From contig OZ271854.1 of the NCBI GenBank assembly GCA_965601925.1, positions 3,808,001 through 3,872,000 on the forward strand: a stretch of 64,000 bases of DNA, read 5' to 3'. Numbering within the stretch: position 1 is the stretch's first letter; each line of letters starts with the position of its first letter. Of the stretch, positions 30,624 through 39,542 are shown one piece after another. The stretch comes from Alkalispirochaeta sp. GTDB taxonomy: Bacteria > Spirochaetota > Spirochaetia > DSM-27196 > Alkalispirochaetaceae. The translations under genes were made by a program, and so were the position numbers. The notes under the pieces were generated by a model, which saw nothing but the letters and a program-made list of their open reading frames with translations, did no database searches and was not told the origin of the DNA.

Positions 30624-31570
30624 GCTCCAGCCTCTTTCGACGGCGCCGTGGGAAAGACCGCGGCGTACCGCCATCGGACATCTTCGTCCGCCCCGGTGCG
30701 ACCGTCACGAGGCTCGGTGGTGATGAGCGCTACCTCAAACCCCCGTCGGTCGACGCACAGCGCAAGAGACGCGTCGGAAAGCGCCGTTGTTTCCGCAGAG
30801 GAGAGACAGTTGAAGGGGGGCGTGCCGTTTCTCATGTATTGCGCCGTCCGGTCGGAAATCGACAGCACCGTCGTATGGCCCAAACGCACCAACGCTTCTC
30901 GGACGGGAATGAGGCGAGAGGTCGGATCGGCGTCCGCTGAAAGTTCCTCTATCGTGCACGCCTCCTCGAGCGAAAACGGCCCGACGGCGGTCCGTACGAG
31001 GAGACGTAGGTACCCGCGCGTATCGGCTTTTCGGGCGATATCGCGCGCCAACGATCGGATGTAGGTGCCGCTTCCGCAGTGAACGACCATACGAAACTCG
31101 TCCGATCGTTCGGTGGGCTCCATCGACAAATCATGGACGACGACGGGTCGGGAAGAGAGTGCGGGACTCTCTCCGCGCCGGGCGAGCTCGTACGCACGGG
31201 TGCCGCCGACCTTAAGTGCGGAAAATGCGGGCGGCGTCTGTTCTATCGACCCGTGAAACGCGCGACTCGCGGCGATGATTCGGTTCTGCTCCGGTATCGG
31301 CCCACGCGCAACGACGGCTCCCTCGGGGTCGAGCGTGTCCGTCTCTTCCCCTACCCGCACGACCGCCCGGTAGCGTTTGTCCAGCTTGAGAAACCAACGC
31401 GAAAGACGCGTAGCAGAGCCGACCAACACGACGAGGAGCCCTTCGGCAAAGGGGTCGAGAGTACCGGTATGACCGACCTTTAGCCCGTGAAACCGACGTT
31501 TTACGGGACTGAGAACTTTGGCGGAGCTAATCGCCGTCGGCTTGCTGAGTAGCAGAATCCCGCTGGTCAT
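30620..31570 (-). CDS. truB: tRNA pseudouridine(55) synthase
   Basis: KVGHTGTLDPFAEG, PPAFSALK, GTYIRSLARD. Confidence 0.97.
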   Translation of the reverse strand: MTSGILLLSKPTAISSAKVLSPVKRRFHGLKVGHTGTLDPFAEGLLVVLVGSATRLSRWFLKLDKRYRAVVRVGEETDTLDPEGAVVARGPIPEQNRIIAASRAFHGSIEQTPPAFSALKVGGTRAYELARRGESPALSSRPVVVHDLSMEPTERSDEFRMVVHCGSGTYIRSLARDIARKADTRGYLRLLVRTAVGPFSLEEACTIEELSADADPTSRLIPVREALVRLGHTTVLSISDRTAQYMRNGTPPFNCLSSAETTALSDASLALCVDRRGFEVALITTEPRDGRTGADEDVRWRYAAVFPTAPSKEAGA

Positions 31571-31916
31571 CCCGCGCTAGGTCTTCGATCGTCTTGATAA
31601 TCGCTTGACTCTCCTCGATGCTGTGATCCGCTACGAAATGGATGCGAGGAGTAGCACGAACCTTGAGGAGCCTTCCGAGACGGCGCTGTAGATAGCCGGC
31701 CGCGGAGTTGAGTCCCTCCACGGCGGCGTCGAGCTTCGCATGATCCAAGATGGACGATACACCGATGCGCGCCGTAGAACCGTCTTTGGCCATTTTGACG
31801 TAACTGAACGAGACGAGCGTGCTTACGCGGTGATCCTTGATCTCGCCCCGCATGAGCAATGTGCTTAACTCGTGTGCGATACGGTTTCCCAACCGTGTGC
31901 GCCGCGTCTCGTCCAT
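31527..31916 (-). CDS. rbfA: Ribosome-binding factor A
   Basis: IKDHRV, LNSAAGYLQ, TPRIHFVAD; lies between infB and truB. Confidence 0.93.
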   Translation of the reverse strand: MDETRRTRLGNRIAHELSTLLMRGEIKDHRVSTLVSFSYVKMAKDGSTARIGVSSILDHAKLDAAVEGLNSAAGYLQRRLGRLLKVRATPRIHFVADHSIEESQAIIKTIEDLARDDQRDSATQQADGD

Positions 31917-31936
31917 ATGCGTCTGTTACCGCGGAC

Positions 31937-34546
31937 TCACTCGCTACCGAGTTTCTTCGCGACTTCCTTAACGACGTAAATTTCCAACGTATCTCCTACC
32001 TGAACGTCTTGAAGGTTACTGATGCCGATACCGCACTCGTACCCCGCATCGACCTCTCGGGCGTCGTCCTTGAAGCGTTTCAACGAGGAGATCGTTCCCT
32101 CGTGGATCTGTACGTTGTCGCGGAATACCCGAACGTTCGCGTTGCGTCTTACCTTGCCCTCGATAACGTAGGAGCCGGCGACGATTCCGATCTTCGGAAC
32201 CTTGAAAATATCGCGAACTTCCACCGCGCCGATCGTCTCTTCTTGGAGCTCCGGAGCGAGCATGCCTTCCATAGCGGCGCGAATATCTTCTACCGCATCG
32301 TAGATGATGCTGTACTTTCGGATCTCCACCTTCTCGCGCTCGGCAAGCTGTTGCGCTCTGGGCGTCGGGCGAACGTGAAATCCCACTACGAGGGCGTTGG
32401 ACGCCGAAGCGAGCATGATATCGCCTTCGTTGATCGCTCCGGCCGACGCATGGATCGCGACGAGGCGAATTTCCTTCGTACTGAGTTTCTCCAGTGCGCT
32501 CTGCAACGCCTCCACCGACCCGTGAACATCGCCCTTGATGACGACCTTGAGCTCCTGAATCGCTCCGTCCTGGATGCTGTCGTACAGGTTGTCGAGGGTG
32601 ACCTTCTTGACGTTCTTGGCCTCCTCGACGCGCTTCAGCTCTTGGCGCTTTGCGCCGACCTGCCGCGCCGTCTTGTCGTCCTCGGTGACCTGGAAGGGAT
32701 CGCCCGCCTCGGGCACGCCGTCGAATCCCAGAATCTCGACCGGCGCCGACGGCGTTACCTGTTCGACGCGGCGTCCGCGGTCGTCGAACATCGCCCGCAC
32801 ACGTCCCGGGAAGATACCCGCGATGAATGAATCGCCGACTTTGAGCGTACCCCGTTCAATCAGTACGGTTGCAATGGTGCCGCGACCGGGATCGATGCGA
32901 CTTTCGACGACCTTCCCTTCTGCGTTGCGGTCCCAATTTGCCTTCAGTTCGAGTACTTCGGCCTGCACCAAGACGGTTTCGAGAAGGTCTTCGATTCCCT
33001 CCTTCTTGAGGGCCGATACCTCAACCATCGCGGTCTGCCCACCCCAGTCCTCGGGGATCAGCTCAAGCTCGGAGAGCTGCTGCTTCACGCGATCGACGTT
33101 CGCTTCGGGCAGATCGACTTTGTTAATCGCCACGATGATCGGAACCTTGGCCTCTTTGGCGTGGCTGATCGCCTCGCGAGTCTGGGGCATCACGCCGTCG
33201 TTTGCTGCGACAACGAGGATGACGATATCGGTGATCTGGGCTCCCCGGGCGCGCATAAGGGTGAACGCCTCGTGACCCGGCGTATCGAGGAAGGTGATCG
33301 AGTTTTGGTCGAGCGAAACTTGGTACGCTCCGATATGTTGCGTGATACCGCCGTGTTCGCCGGCAACGACGTTCGTCGAACGTATTGCGTCCAGAAGTTT
33401 CGTCTTACCGTGGTCGACGTGTCCCATGACCGTGACGATGGGCGGCCGCGATTTGAGGTCCTCTTCCTTATCCTCGGCGGTCTCGATGATCGTTTCGTCG
33501 TAGAGCGAGACGACGTTGACCTTTGCACCGTACTCACCGGCGAGAATTTCAGCGGTCTCGCGATCGATTTGCTGGTTGATCGTCACCATCATGCCCATGC
33601 TCATGAGCTTGCCGATGAGCTCGTTGGCCTTCAGGTTCATCTTGCGGGCCAGCTCATTGACCGTGACGACCTCCATGATGTCGATCTCTTTGGGCACGGG
33701 ATTCGCCTTGGGTTGTTGCTTCTTCTTGTTGAAGTTTATCTCTTTTTCGCGCTGGCGATCGTCCCGATTGTACGGTCCGCGTTTCTTGCTCTTATAAAAC
33801 CGCTTTCCGGGTTGTCGCTGTTGTTGAGCGCCGGGACCGCCCGGTCCGCGTCCGGGACCACCCGGTCCACGACCGGGGCCGCCCGACGGAGCTGGGCCTC
33901 TGCCGCCGGGAGAGGGGCGCGAGTTGGGGCGGTTGCCGGGTCGAGGAGGACCCGACGGGCGTCCTTGTCCCGGACCGCGCGGCGGTCCACCGTCGCGTCG
34001 CGGTCCCGAACCTCCGCGAAAGTCACGGCGCGGACCGGAAGAGAAGTCACCGTCCCTTCGCGGACCCCGACGCTGTTGGTTCATGCCTCCGCCGTCGCGG
34101 GCGGGCGGGCCGCCGGCACGGCGCGGGCCACCTTGCGAGGATTGGGGAGCGCCTCGTCTCCCACTCTCGAAGACTCTCGGGCCCGCCGTCGGGGGCGTCG
34201 ATCGCGGGGATTCTTGAGGAGATGGTCTCGTATCTTCTGCCGCCGGACGAACGGGCTTTTTCGGCTCCGCCTCACCCGTCGGTTGCGGTCGCTCGGAGCG
34301 CTCGGCAGGTGTAGGACTCTGCGGGCGTGCGACCTCGGCGGAAGGGGTTTCGGACGGTTGTTGCACGGCAGCTTGCGTGTCGTCGGCCGCGTCAACCGGA
34401 GGGCGTTTCTTGGCCACCACCTTCGGCTTGGGCTTTCGTTTTACGACGACGCGAACCTTTTTTTTCTCGGCGACGGTCTCGGCACTCTCGGGACGTTTCT
34501 TAATGAGAGTCGCCTTCGGTTTCTGTTTTTCCTGATCCTCTGCCAT
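31937..34546 (-). CDS. infB: Translation initiation factor IF-2
   Basis: MGHVDHGKT, DTPGHEAF, NKVD; low-complexity Pro/Gly/Arg N-terminus. Confidence 0.99.
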   Translation of the reverse strand: MAEDQEKQKPKATLIKKRPESAETVAEKKKVRVVVKRKPKPKVVAKKRPPVDAADDTQAAVQQPSETPSAEVARPQSPTPAERSERPQPTGEAEPKKPVRPAAEDTRPSPQESPRSTPPTAGPRVFESGRRGAPQSSQGGPRRAGGPPARDGGGMNQQRRGPRRDGDFSSGPRRDFRGGSGPRRDGGPPRGPGQGRPSGPPRPGNRPNSRPSPGGRGPAPSGGPGRGPGGPGRGPGGPGAQQQRQPGKRFYKSKKRGPYNRDDRQREKEINFNKKKQQPKANPVPKEIDIMEVVTVNELARKMNLKANELIGKLMSMGMMVTINQQIDRETAEILAGEYGAKVNVVSLYDETIIETAEDKEEDLKSRPPIVTVMGHVDHGKTKLLDAIRSTNVVAGEHGGITQHIGAYQVSLDQNSITFLDTPGHEAFTLMRARGAQITDIVILVVAANDGVMPQTREAISHAKEAKVPIIVAINKVDLPEANVDRVKQQLSELELIPEDWGGQTAMVEVSALKKEGIEDLLETVLVQAEVLELKANWDRNAEGKVVESRIDPGRGTIATVLIERGTLKVGDSFIAGIFPGRVRAMFDDRGRRVEQVTPSAPVEILGFDGVPEAGDPFQVTEDDKTARQVGAKRQELKRVEEAKNVKKVTLDNLYDSIQDGAIQELKVVIKGDVHGSVEALQSALEKLSTKEIRLVAIHASAGAINEGDIMLASASNALVVGFHVRPTPRAQQLAEREKVEIRKYSIIYDAVEDIRAAMEGMLAPELQEETIGAVEVRDIFKVPKIGIVAGSYVIEGKVRRNANVRVFRDNVQIHEGTISSLKRFKDDAREVDAGYECGIGISNLQDVQVGDTLEIYVVKEVAKKLGSE
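33831..33885. repeat. 21-bp imperfect tandem repeat inside infB (GPGRGPG units)
   Basis: ccgggaccgcccggtccgcgt / ccgggaccacccggtccacga / ccggggccgcccg. Confidence 0.8.
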
Positions 34547-34596
34547 ACACTTCCTTTCGACGAGTTTACAGACTCAGTACGGGCTCTGTAAACCGC

Positions 34597-36234
34597 CTAT
34601 TCCCCTTCCTCTTCGTCACCTTCCACTATCTCGACATATTCGGTGAGAATGGTACGAATCGTCGCCTGCTCGTCCTCGGTGAGCCCCTCAATCGCCGCAA
34701 TCTCCTGCGGATCCAACGCGATAAGCTCTTCGAGGTCGGAAATACCGGCGGCCTTGAGCCGCTCGACGATCGAGTCGGTCATGCCCGGCAGTTCGGAAAT
34801 CTCGGTTATGATCTCCTCTTCGTCCTCATCCTCGTCTTCGTCGCTCTCGACCGAGTCCTCGTCGGTATCCGGCCGACCATCCTCGTCCGGCGCTTCATAA
34901 TCCTCACCGACGTCGGCGACGAACTCCTCATCTTGTTCAACGATCTCTACGTTGTCGGCGATGATGCGGCTTAACTCCGCTGCAACGTCATCCTTCATTC
35001 CGGCCAACGCGTGGAGCTCTTCATCGCTTAAGCCCACGATCTCTTCGATCATCGTGATGTTATTCTCACCGAGGATGCGCACCATCTCGCCGGTAATACC
35101 GGGCAGTTCGGCCACGGAGGTGATTTCGTCTTCCGGTTCTTCGACATCACTGAAGAGGGCCGAGACGGCGCGTTTGGATTCGGCGGCGATGTCCATCTCC
35201 TCGAACTGATCCATCGTTTTCACATCGATATTCCAGTCGGCGAGACGGTTCGCAAGACGTACGTTCAGTCCCTGCTTTCCGATCGCGAGGGAAAGCTGAT
35301 CCTCCGGTACGATGGCGAGCGCTTGGCGACGCGCTTCGTCGATGATGACGACGTTGGTCACCTCCGCCGGAGAGAGGGCGTTCTTGATCAATATCCGGGG
35401 ATCGGGATCGTACTTTAGGATGTCGATCTTCTCCCCTTCGAGCTCGCGAACGATCGCTTGAATACGCACCCCCCGCAAACCGACGCACGCTCCGACCGGA
35501 TCGACATCTTCCCGGTTCGAGGCGACGGCTATCTTGGTGCGATATCCCGCCTCCCGGACGATACGTACGATCTCGACCGTCTTACCGTAAATCTCCGGCA
35601 CCTCAAGCTCAAAGATACGTTTGACCAGATCGGTGTGCGTACGCGAGAGGGCGATCTGAAGGCCCGAGTTGCCCTTGGCTACGTCTACGATGAGCGCCTT
35701 GAGTCGATCGTTGGTGCGATACACTTCGCGAGGCGACTGATAGCGTTTGGGAAGAATCCCTTCCGCTCTGCCGAGGTCGATAAAGAGGTTTCCGTTGCGC
35801 TCTCGCTGCACGTAGCCGATGACCAGTTCGCCGACCTTGTCGCTGAACTCCGAATAGAGCGTGTCTTTCTGTATTTCTCGGATCCGCTGACGAGCTTTCT
35901 GTTTCGCGCTTTGAATCGATACGCGGTCGAACTCTTGGGGGTTGATCTCAATAAGCAGCTCATCGCCGACCTCGCACTCATCGTTGAGTTCGAGCGCCTC
36001 GGACAGAGCGATCTCGGTGACGGGATCCTCGACTTCGTTGACGATTCTCTTCTGGGCGAAGAGCGTCACCTCGTTTCCTTCATCGGTAAACTGAACAACC
36101 GCGTTGTCCGCTTGACCGAACTTGCGCTTGTAGGCGGCAACGAGAAACTCCTCGATCACCTTGATCAATAGTTCCTCGGAGATACCCTTGTCTTGCACTA
36201 CCGCGCGGATCGCCTCCGCAAGTCCCGCTGACAT
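34597..36234 (-). CDS. nusA: Transcription factor NusA with duplicated acidic C-terminal domain
   Basis: S1 and KH domains (DPVGACVG, SLAIGKQGLNVRLA); two ELPG-containing acidic repeats. Confidence 0.98.
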   Translation of the reverse strand: MSAGLAEAIRAVVQDKGISEELLIKVIEEFLVAAYKRKFGQADNAVVQFTDEGNEVTLFAQKRIVNEVEDPVTEIALSEALELNDECEVGDELLIEINPQEFDRVSIQSAKQKARQRIREIQKDTLYSEFSDKVGELVIGYVQRERNGNLFIDLGRAEGILPKRYQSPREVYRTNDRLKALIVDVAKGNSGLQIALSRTHTDLVKRIFELEVPEIYGKTVEIVRIVREAGYRTKIAVASNREDVDPVGACVGLRGVRIQAIVRELEGEKIDILKYDPDPRILIKNALSPAEVTNVVIIDEARRQALAIVPEDQLSLAIGKQGLNVRLANRLADWNIDVKTMDQFEEMDIAAESKRAVSALFSDVEEPEDEITSVAELPGITGEMVRILGENNITMIEEIVGLSDEELHALAGMKDDVAAELSRIIADNVEIVEQDEEFVADVGEDYEAPDEDGRPDTDEDSVESDEDEDEDEEEIITEISELPGMTDSIVERLKAAGISDLEELIALDPQEIAAIEGLTEDEQATIRTILTEYVEIVEGDEEEGE

Positions 36235-36249
36235 TCTTGCTCGTCCTCC

Positions 36250-36696
36250 CTAATCCGTGAGTCGTGCCTTTATGATCATCTCCGGTGAAAACGACTCATC
36301 ACTACCGTCGTCGAATCGTACCAGACAGCGTTGCCCGGTCCCCTCGACTATCGTACCGCTCAACCAATCTCGCCCATCGGCCGGTAACAGCTCTACACGT
36401 GAGCCGGCAAAAATCTCAAACTCGTGAAAACTCTTAAAGACTCGATCGATTCCCGGCGAGCTCATCTCGACCCGAACGTCCGAACTACCCACCAGTTCTT
36501 CCAGCCGGGGCTGGAGTGTCCGGTGTATCTCCGTCAGGCCGTCGAGCGTGAGACCGCCGTCGCGATGCAGAACGATATAGGCGTGTGTTCTGCCTTTTAT
36601 GCGCTCGATCGAAAGCTCTACCAGAGCGTAGCCGGCGTCCCCGACCAGCTCCTTCACCGCGTCTGCCGCCGGACCCGAAGGTGGGCTCTGTCTCAC
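36250..36696 (-). CDS. rimP: Ribosome maturation factor RimP
   Basis: EMSSPGIDR motif; first gene of the nusA operon; GTG 36696 after GAGG preferred over ATG 36726. Confidence 0.9.
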   Translation of the reverse strand: MRQSPPSGPAADAVKELVGDAGYALVELSIERIKGRTHAYIVLHRDGGLTLDGLTEIHRTLQPRLEELVGSSDVRVEMSSPGIDRVFKSFHEFEIFAGSRVELLPADGRDWLSGTIVEGTGQRCLVRFDDGSDESFSPEMIIKARLTD

Positions 36697-36726
36697 GTGT
36701 CTGCCTCGCGTTTCCGATAGGGACAT

Positions 36727-36756
36727 AAAAAAAGAGCCGGCTCTCAGCGACTCTTT
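36727..36756 (-). terminator. Leader terminator/attenuator upstream of rimP-nusA
   Basis: AAAGAGTCG-ctgagagc-CGGCTC-T7 located between the promoter and rimP. Confidence 0.75.
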
Positions 36757-36786
36757 ACCGTCCGACCAGTAAGCTGTCTATGCATT

Positions 36787-36815
36787 ACTTTATCGATCGG
36801 ATCGTGAATCGTCAA
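36787..36815 (-). promoter_or_regulatory. Putative sigma70 promoter of the rimP-nusA-infB operon
   Basis: TTGACG-17 nt-TAAAGT. Confidence 0.6.
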
Positions 36816-36822
36816 CCCTCCA

Positions 36823-37440
36823 TTATCGCCGAATCGCAAGAACCAGGGCGCCGGCGATCGGTGTACCCGCTTCGCATAGGATGTACGCGGCGCGTCGGAG
36901 CGTAGCGCCGGTGGTATACACATCGTCGATAACGATCGCCCCGGGTACGGTACGCCCCCTTCGGAGCGTCAAAGAGCAGCGCGCGTTCTCGAGACGCTCC
37001 GCCTTGGAGAGGCGTTTCTGCTCTTGCCCGCCCTTCCTTCTTAGGACGAGCGCGGGCTTCGGCGCAAGATACTTCGCGAGCCGTCGCGTTTGATCGAACC
37101 CCCGTAGGCGTTTGCCGCGCTTACTGGCGGGTACCGGACAGATCGGCCGATCGCCGAAATAACGCTCGAGCACCGGTGCGACCATCTCTTGCGCGACGAA
37201 TGAGAGGAGTCGGACGCGTGCGCGTACCTTCATCGCCTCGATGAGCCGTACCATTACGCCCGCATACTCGCCGATACAGACGCACGGCGGCCCATCGGGC
37301 TCCAGAGGAAATAAAACGGGAGCTACAGCGGTCATAAGCTCTTCGCGGCACTCCGGGCAGAGCCCGGCAGCATCTTTTTCGGGGACGAAGGCCACGCCGC
37401 ACACACCGCACAGTTCGATCTGAAAGATAGATGTGTCCAC
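36823..37440 (-). CDS. comF: ComF-family protein (zinc ribbon plus phosphoribosyltransferase fold)
   Basis: CGVC...CPEC, RGFDQ, IDDVYTTGATL. Confidence 0.85.
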   Translation of the reverse strand: MDTSIFQIELCGVCGVAFVPEKDAAGLCPECREELMTAVAPVLFPLEPDGPPCVCIGEYAGVMVRLIEAMKVRARVRLLSFVAQEMVAPVLERYFGDRPICPVPASKRGKRLRGFDQTRRLAKYLAPKPALVLRRKGGQEQKRLSKAERLENARCSLTLRRGRTVPGAIVIDDVYTTGATLRRAAYILCEAGTPIAGALVLAIRR

Positions 37441-37511
37441 ATTCGGTAGAAACGGTGCGATCGCATCGCCGCTTGTCGCAGGAATCGCAAATTCACTATT
37501 TTCGCGGCAGG

Positions 37512-38738
37512 ATGGAACGGTTCGATTACATTTTAGCCGGCGGCGGAGCTGCAGGGCTCTCGTTGGCCTACCACATGATGCACGGTGGATTGGACGACAA
37601 GCGCGTACTCATCGTCGATCTGGCGAGCAAAAACAGTAACGATCGGACGTGGTGTTATTGGTCCGATACGAAAGAGATGTTTGATCCGATCGTGAGTCGG
37701 CGATGGTCGCATGTATGGTTCCACGGTCCCGATCGGTCGCACCGTTGGGCGTTGAACCCTTATACCTATAACATGGTTCGCGGGATCGATTTTTATCGCT
37801 TCACTCGGGACGACCTGGAGGCGCGGGAGAATGTGCAGTTCCTCAACGCACGTGTCTCTACCATCGAGGACGGCGACGTACACACCGGTACGCCGGCACA
37901 AATCGTGTTGGAGGACGGACGCCGGTTCGCCGCGGATTGGGTATTCGATAGTCTGTTTCTACCCAGGGAGTTTGCCGTCGACACGCAACGCTACCACTTT
38001 CTCAAGCAACATTTCGTGGGATGGTTCGTCCGGACCGCCGAGCCCGTGTTCGACCCCGACGCGGTGACGATGTTCGACCTGCGCGTTCCCTCCCGAGGAG
38101 ACTTCCGTTTTATGTATCTTCTGCCGGTCTCGCCGTACGAGTCATTAGTGGAGTACACGCTCTTCTCGTCGACGTTACTACCGCGCGAAGAGTACGAACG
38201 AGAGCTCGCCGAGTATATGGAGCGGTATTATCCCGGCGTCGCCTACGAGGTAACCGAACGTGAGGACGGTATCGTCCCGATGACCGAGCAACCCTTTCCC
38301 CGTCGTGGAGGGAGTCGCATTATGTTCACCGGAACCAAGGGTGGGCGCGTGAAGGCGTCTACGGGATACGCCTTTCTGCGGACTCAGCGCGACTGCGAAC
38401 GCATCGTACGGTCTCTTCGTGAGACGGGGCAGCCGTTTCACGATATCGAACCGCCGAAGCGCTACAAGACCTATGACGCGATGATGCTTTCTATTCTCGA
38501 TCGTCGGGGAGATTTCGGGAGGGGCGTGTTTGCCGACCTCTTTGAGAAGAACCCCCTGGAGCGTTTGTGGCGTTTTCTCGATGAGGAGGGCTCGCTGGGT
38601 GAGAATATCAAGCTCATGAGTACCGTACCGTGGATACCGTTTGTCGCAGCGTGGTTTCGCGTGACGTGGCGCCGGTTGTCGGCGGCGCTGCCCTTCGCAT
38701 CGCGTCGCGAGACGGCCGCCGGGGCGGAGCGAGTGTAG
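37512..38738 (+). CDS. Lycopene cyclase family flavoprotein (CrtY/CrtL-like)
   Basis: GGGAAGLSLA FAD motif, NDRTWCYW, FMYLLP..LVEYT, KASTGYAF. Confidence 0.88.
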   Translation: MERFDYILAGGGAAGLSLAYHMMHGGLDDKRVLIVDLASKNSNDRTWCYWSDTKEMFDPIVSRRWSHVWFHGPDRSHRWALNPYTYNMVRGIDFYRFTRDDLEARENVQFLNARVSTIEDGDVHTGTPAQIVLEDGRRFAADWVFDSLFLPREFAVDTQRYHFLKQHFVGWFVRTAEPVFDPDAVTMFDLRVPSRGDFRFMYLLPVSPYESLVEYTLFSSTLLPREEYERELAEYMERYYPGVAYEVTEREDGIVPMTEQPFPRRGGSRIMFTGTKGGRVKASTGYAFLRTQRDCERIVRSLRETGQPFHDIEPPKRYKTYDAMMLSILDRRGDFGRGVFADLFEKNPLERLWRFLDEEGSLGENIKLMSTVPWIPFVAAWFRVTWRRLSAALPFASRRETAAGAERV

Positions 38739-39499
38739 TGTCGGATATCGCACGATTTCTCGGTCCGACGGGTATCAGGCCCTTTTTGGCGATCTGGGCC
38801 CTTGCCATGATTGCGGTACCCATCGTCGCTGCGCGAGGCGAAAAGGGCCGTGCGTGGGGGATCTCCACCGGCGTCGTGGCGCAAGTCGCCGCCGTCGTCG
38901 CCGTTTTGGCGGTGAGTTGGTCCGCGGGGCGGACACTCCTCGCCGTCGTCGCCGTTCCGATTTTGGGATGGAGCGCCGAGTTCGTCGGATCGCGTACCGG
39001 TATTCCCTTCGGTCGTTACCACTATACCGAACGCCTCAGGCCGCAGATTCACCGCGTGCCGATCGCGATCCCGTTGGCGTGGCTCATGATGCTGCCTCCG
39101 TCGTGGGCCGTCGCCGAGGCGCTGTTTCCCGACTCATCGCGTCTGGTGCGGGCGCTCGTAGCGGGGTACGCGTTTATGGCGTGGGACGTCTATCTCGATC
39201 CTTTGATGGTTCGATGGCGGTTCTGGGAATGGGATCAGGATGGATCGTATCTCGGAATTCCTTTGGTCAATTTCCTCGGATGGTTCCTGTGCGCGGTCGG
39301 GATTTCCTTGGTCGTCGACCCGCCGCCCCTTCTCATCGAGCCCTTAGTGCTCATCTACGCGGTAACCTGGCTGCTCCAAGCGGGAGGACACTTCGTGTTT
39401 TGGCGTTGGCCCGTGTCGGGACTGGCCGGCTTTGCCGCGATGGGGCTGGTCGTTATACCTCTGATTCTCCGTCTTGCGCGCGGTGCGGGCGTGATGTGA
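38738..39499 (+). CDS. cruF: CruF-like carotenoid 1,2-hydratase
   Basis: EFVGSRTGIPFGRYHY, VPIAIPLAW, WDVYLDP, GIPLVNFLGW; GTG overlaps the cyclase stop. Confidence 0.8.
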   Translation: MSDIARFLGPTGIRPFLAIWALAMIAVPIVAARGEKGRAWGISTGVVAQVAAVVAVLAVSWSAGRTLLAVVAVPILGWSAEFVGSRTGIPFGRYHYTERLRPQIHRVPIAIPLAWLMMLPPSWAVAEALFPDSSRLVRALVAGYAFMAWDVYLDPLMVRWRFWEWDQDGSYLGIPLVNFLGWFLCAVGISLVVDPPPLLIEPLVLIYAVTWLLQAGGHFVFWRWPVSGLAGFAAMGLVVIPLILRLARGAGVM

Positions 39500-39542
39500 C
39501 GCGTGCGGACGACGAATCGGGGGCGCGACGACGGCTGTAGCT

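Noticed and set aside
33161..34591. 476-aa + strand ORF, and similar long antisense ORFs (11968-13098, 17901-19037, 39985-41214, 43497-44666, 56959-58260)
   Set aside because: They lie opposite well-supported genes, have no recognisable motifs, and are expected shadows in high-GC coding DNA
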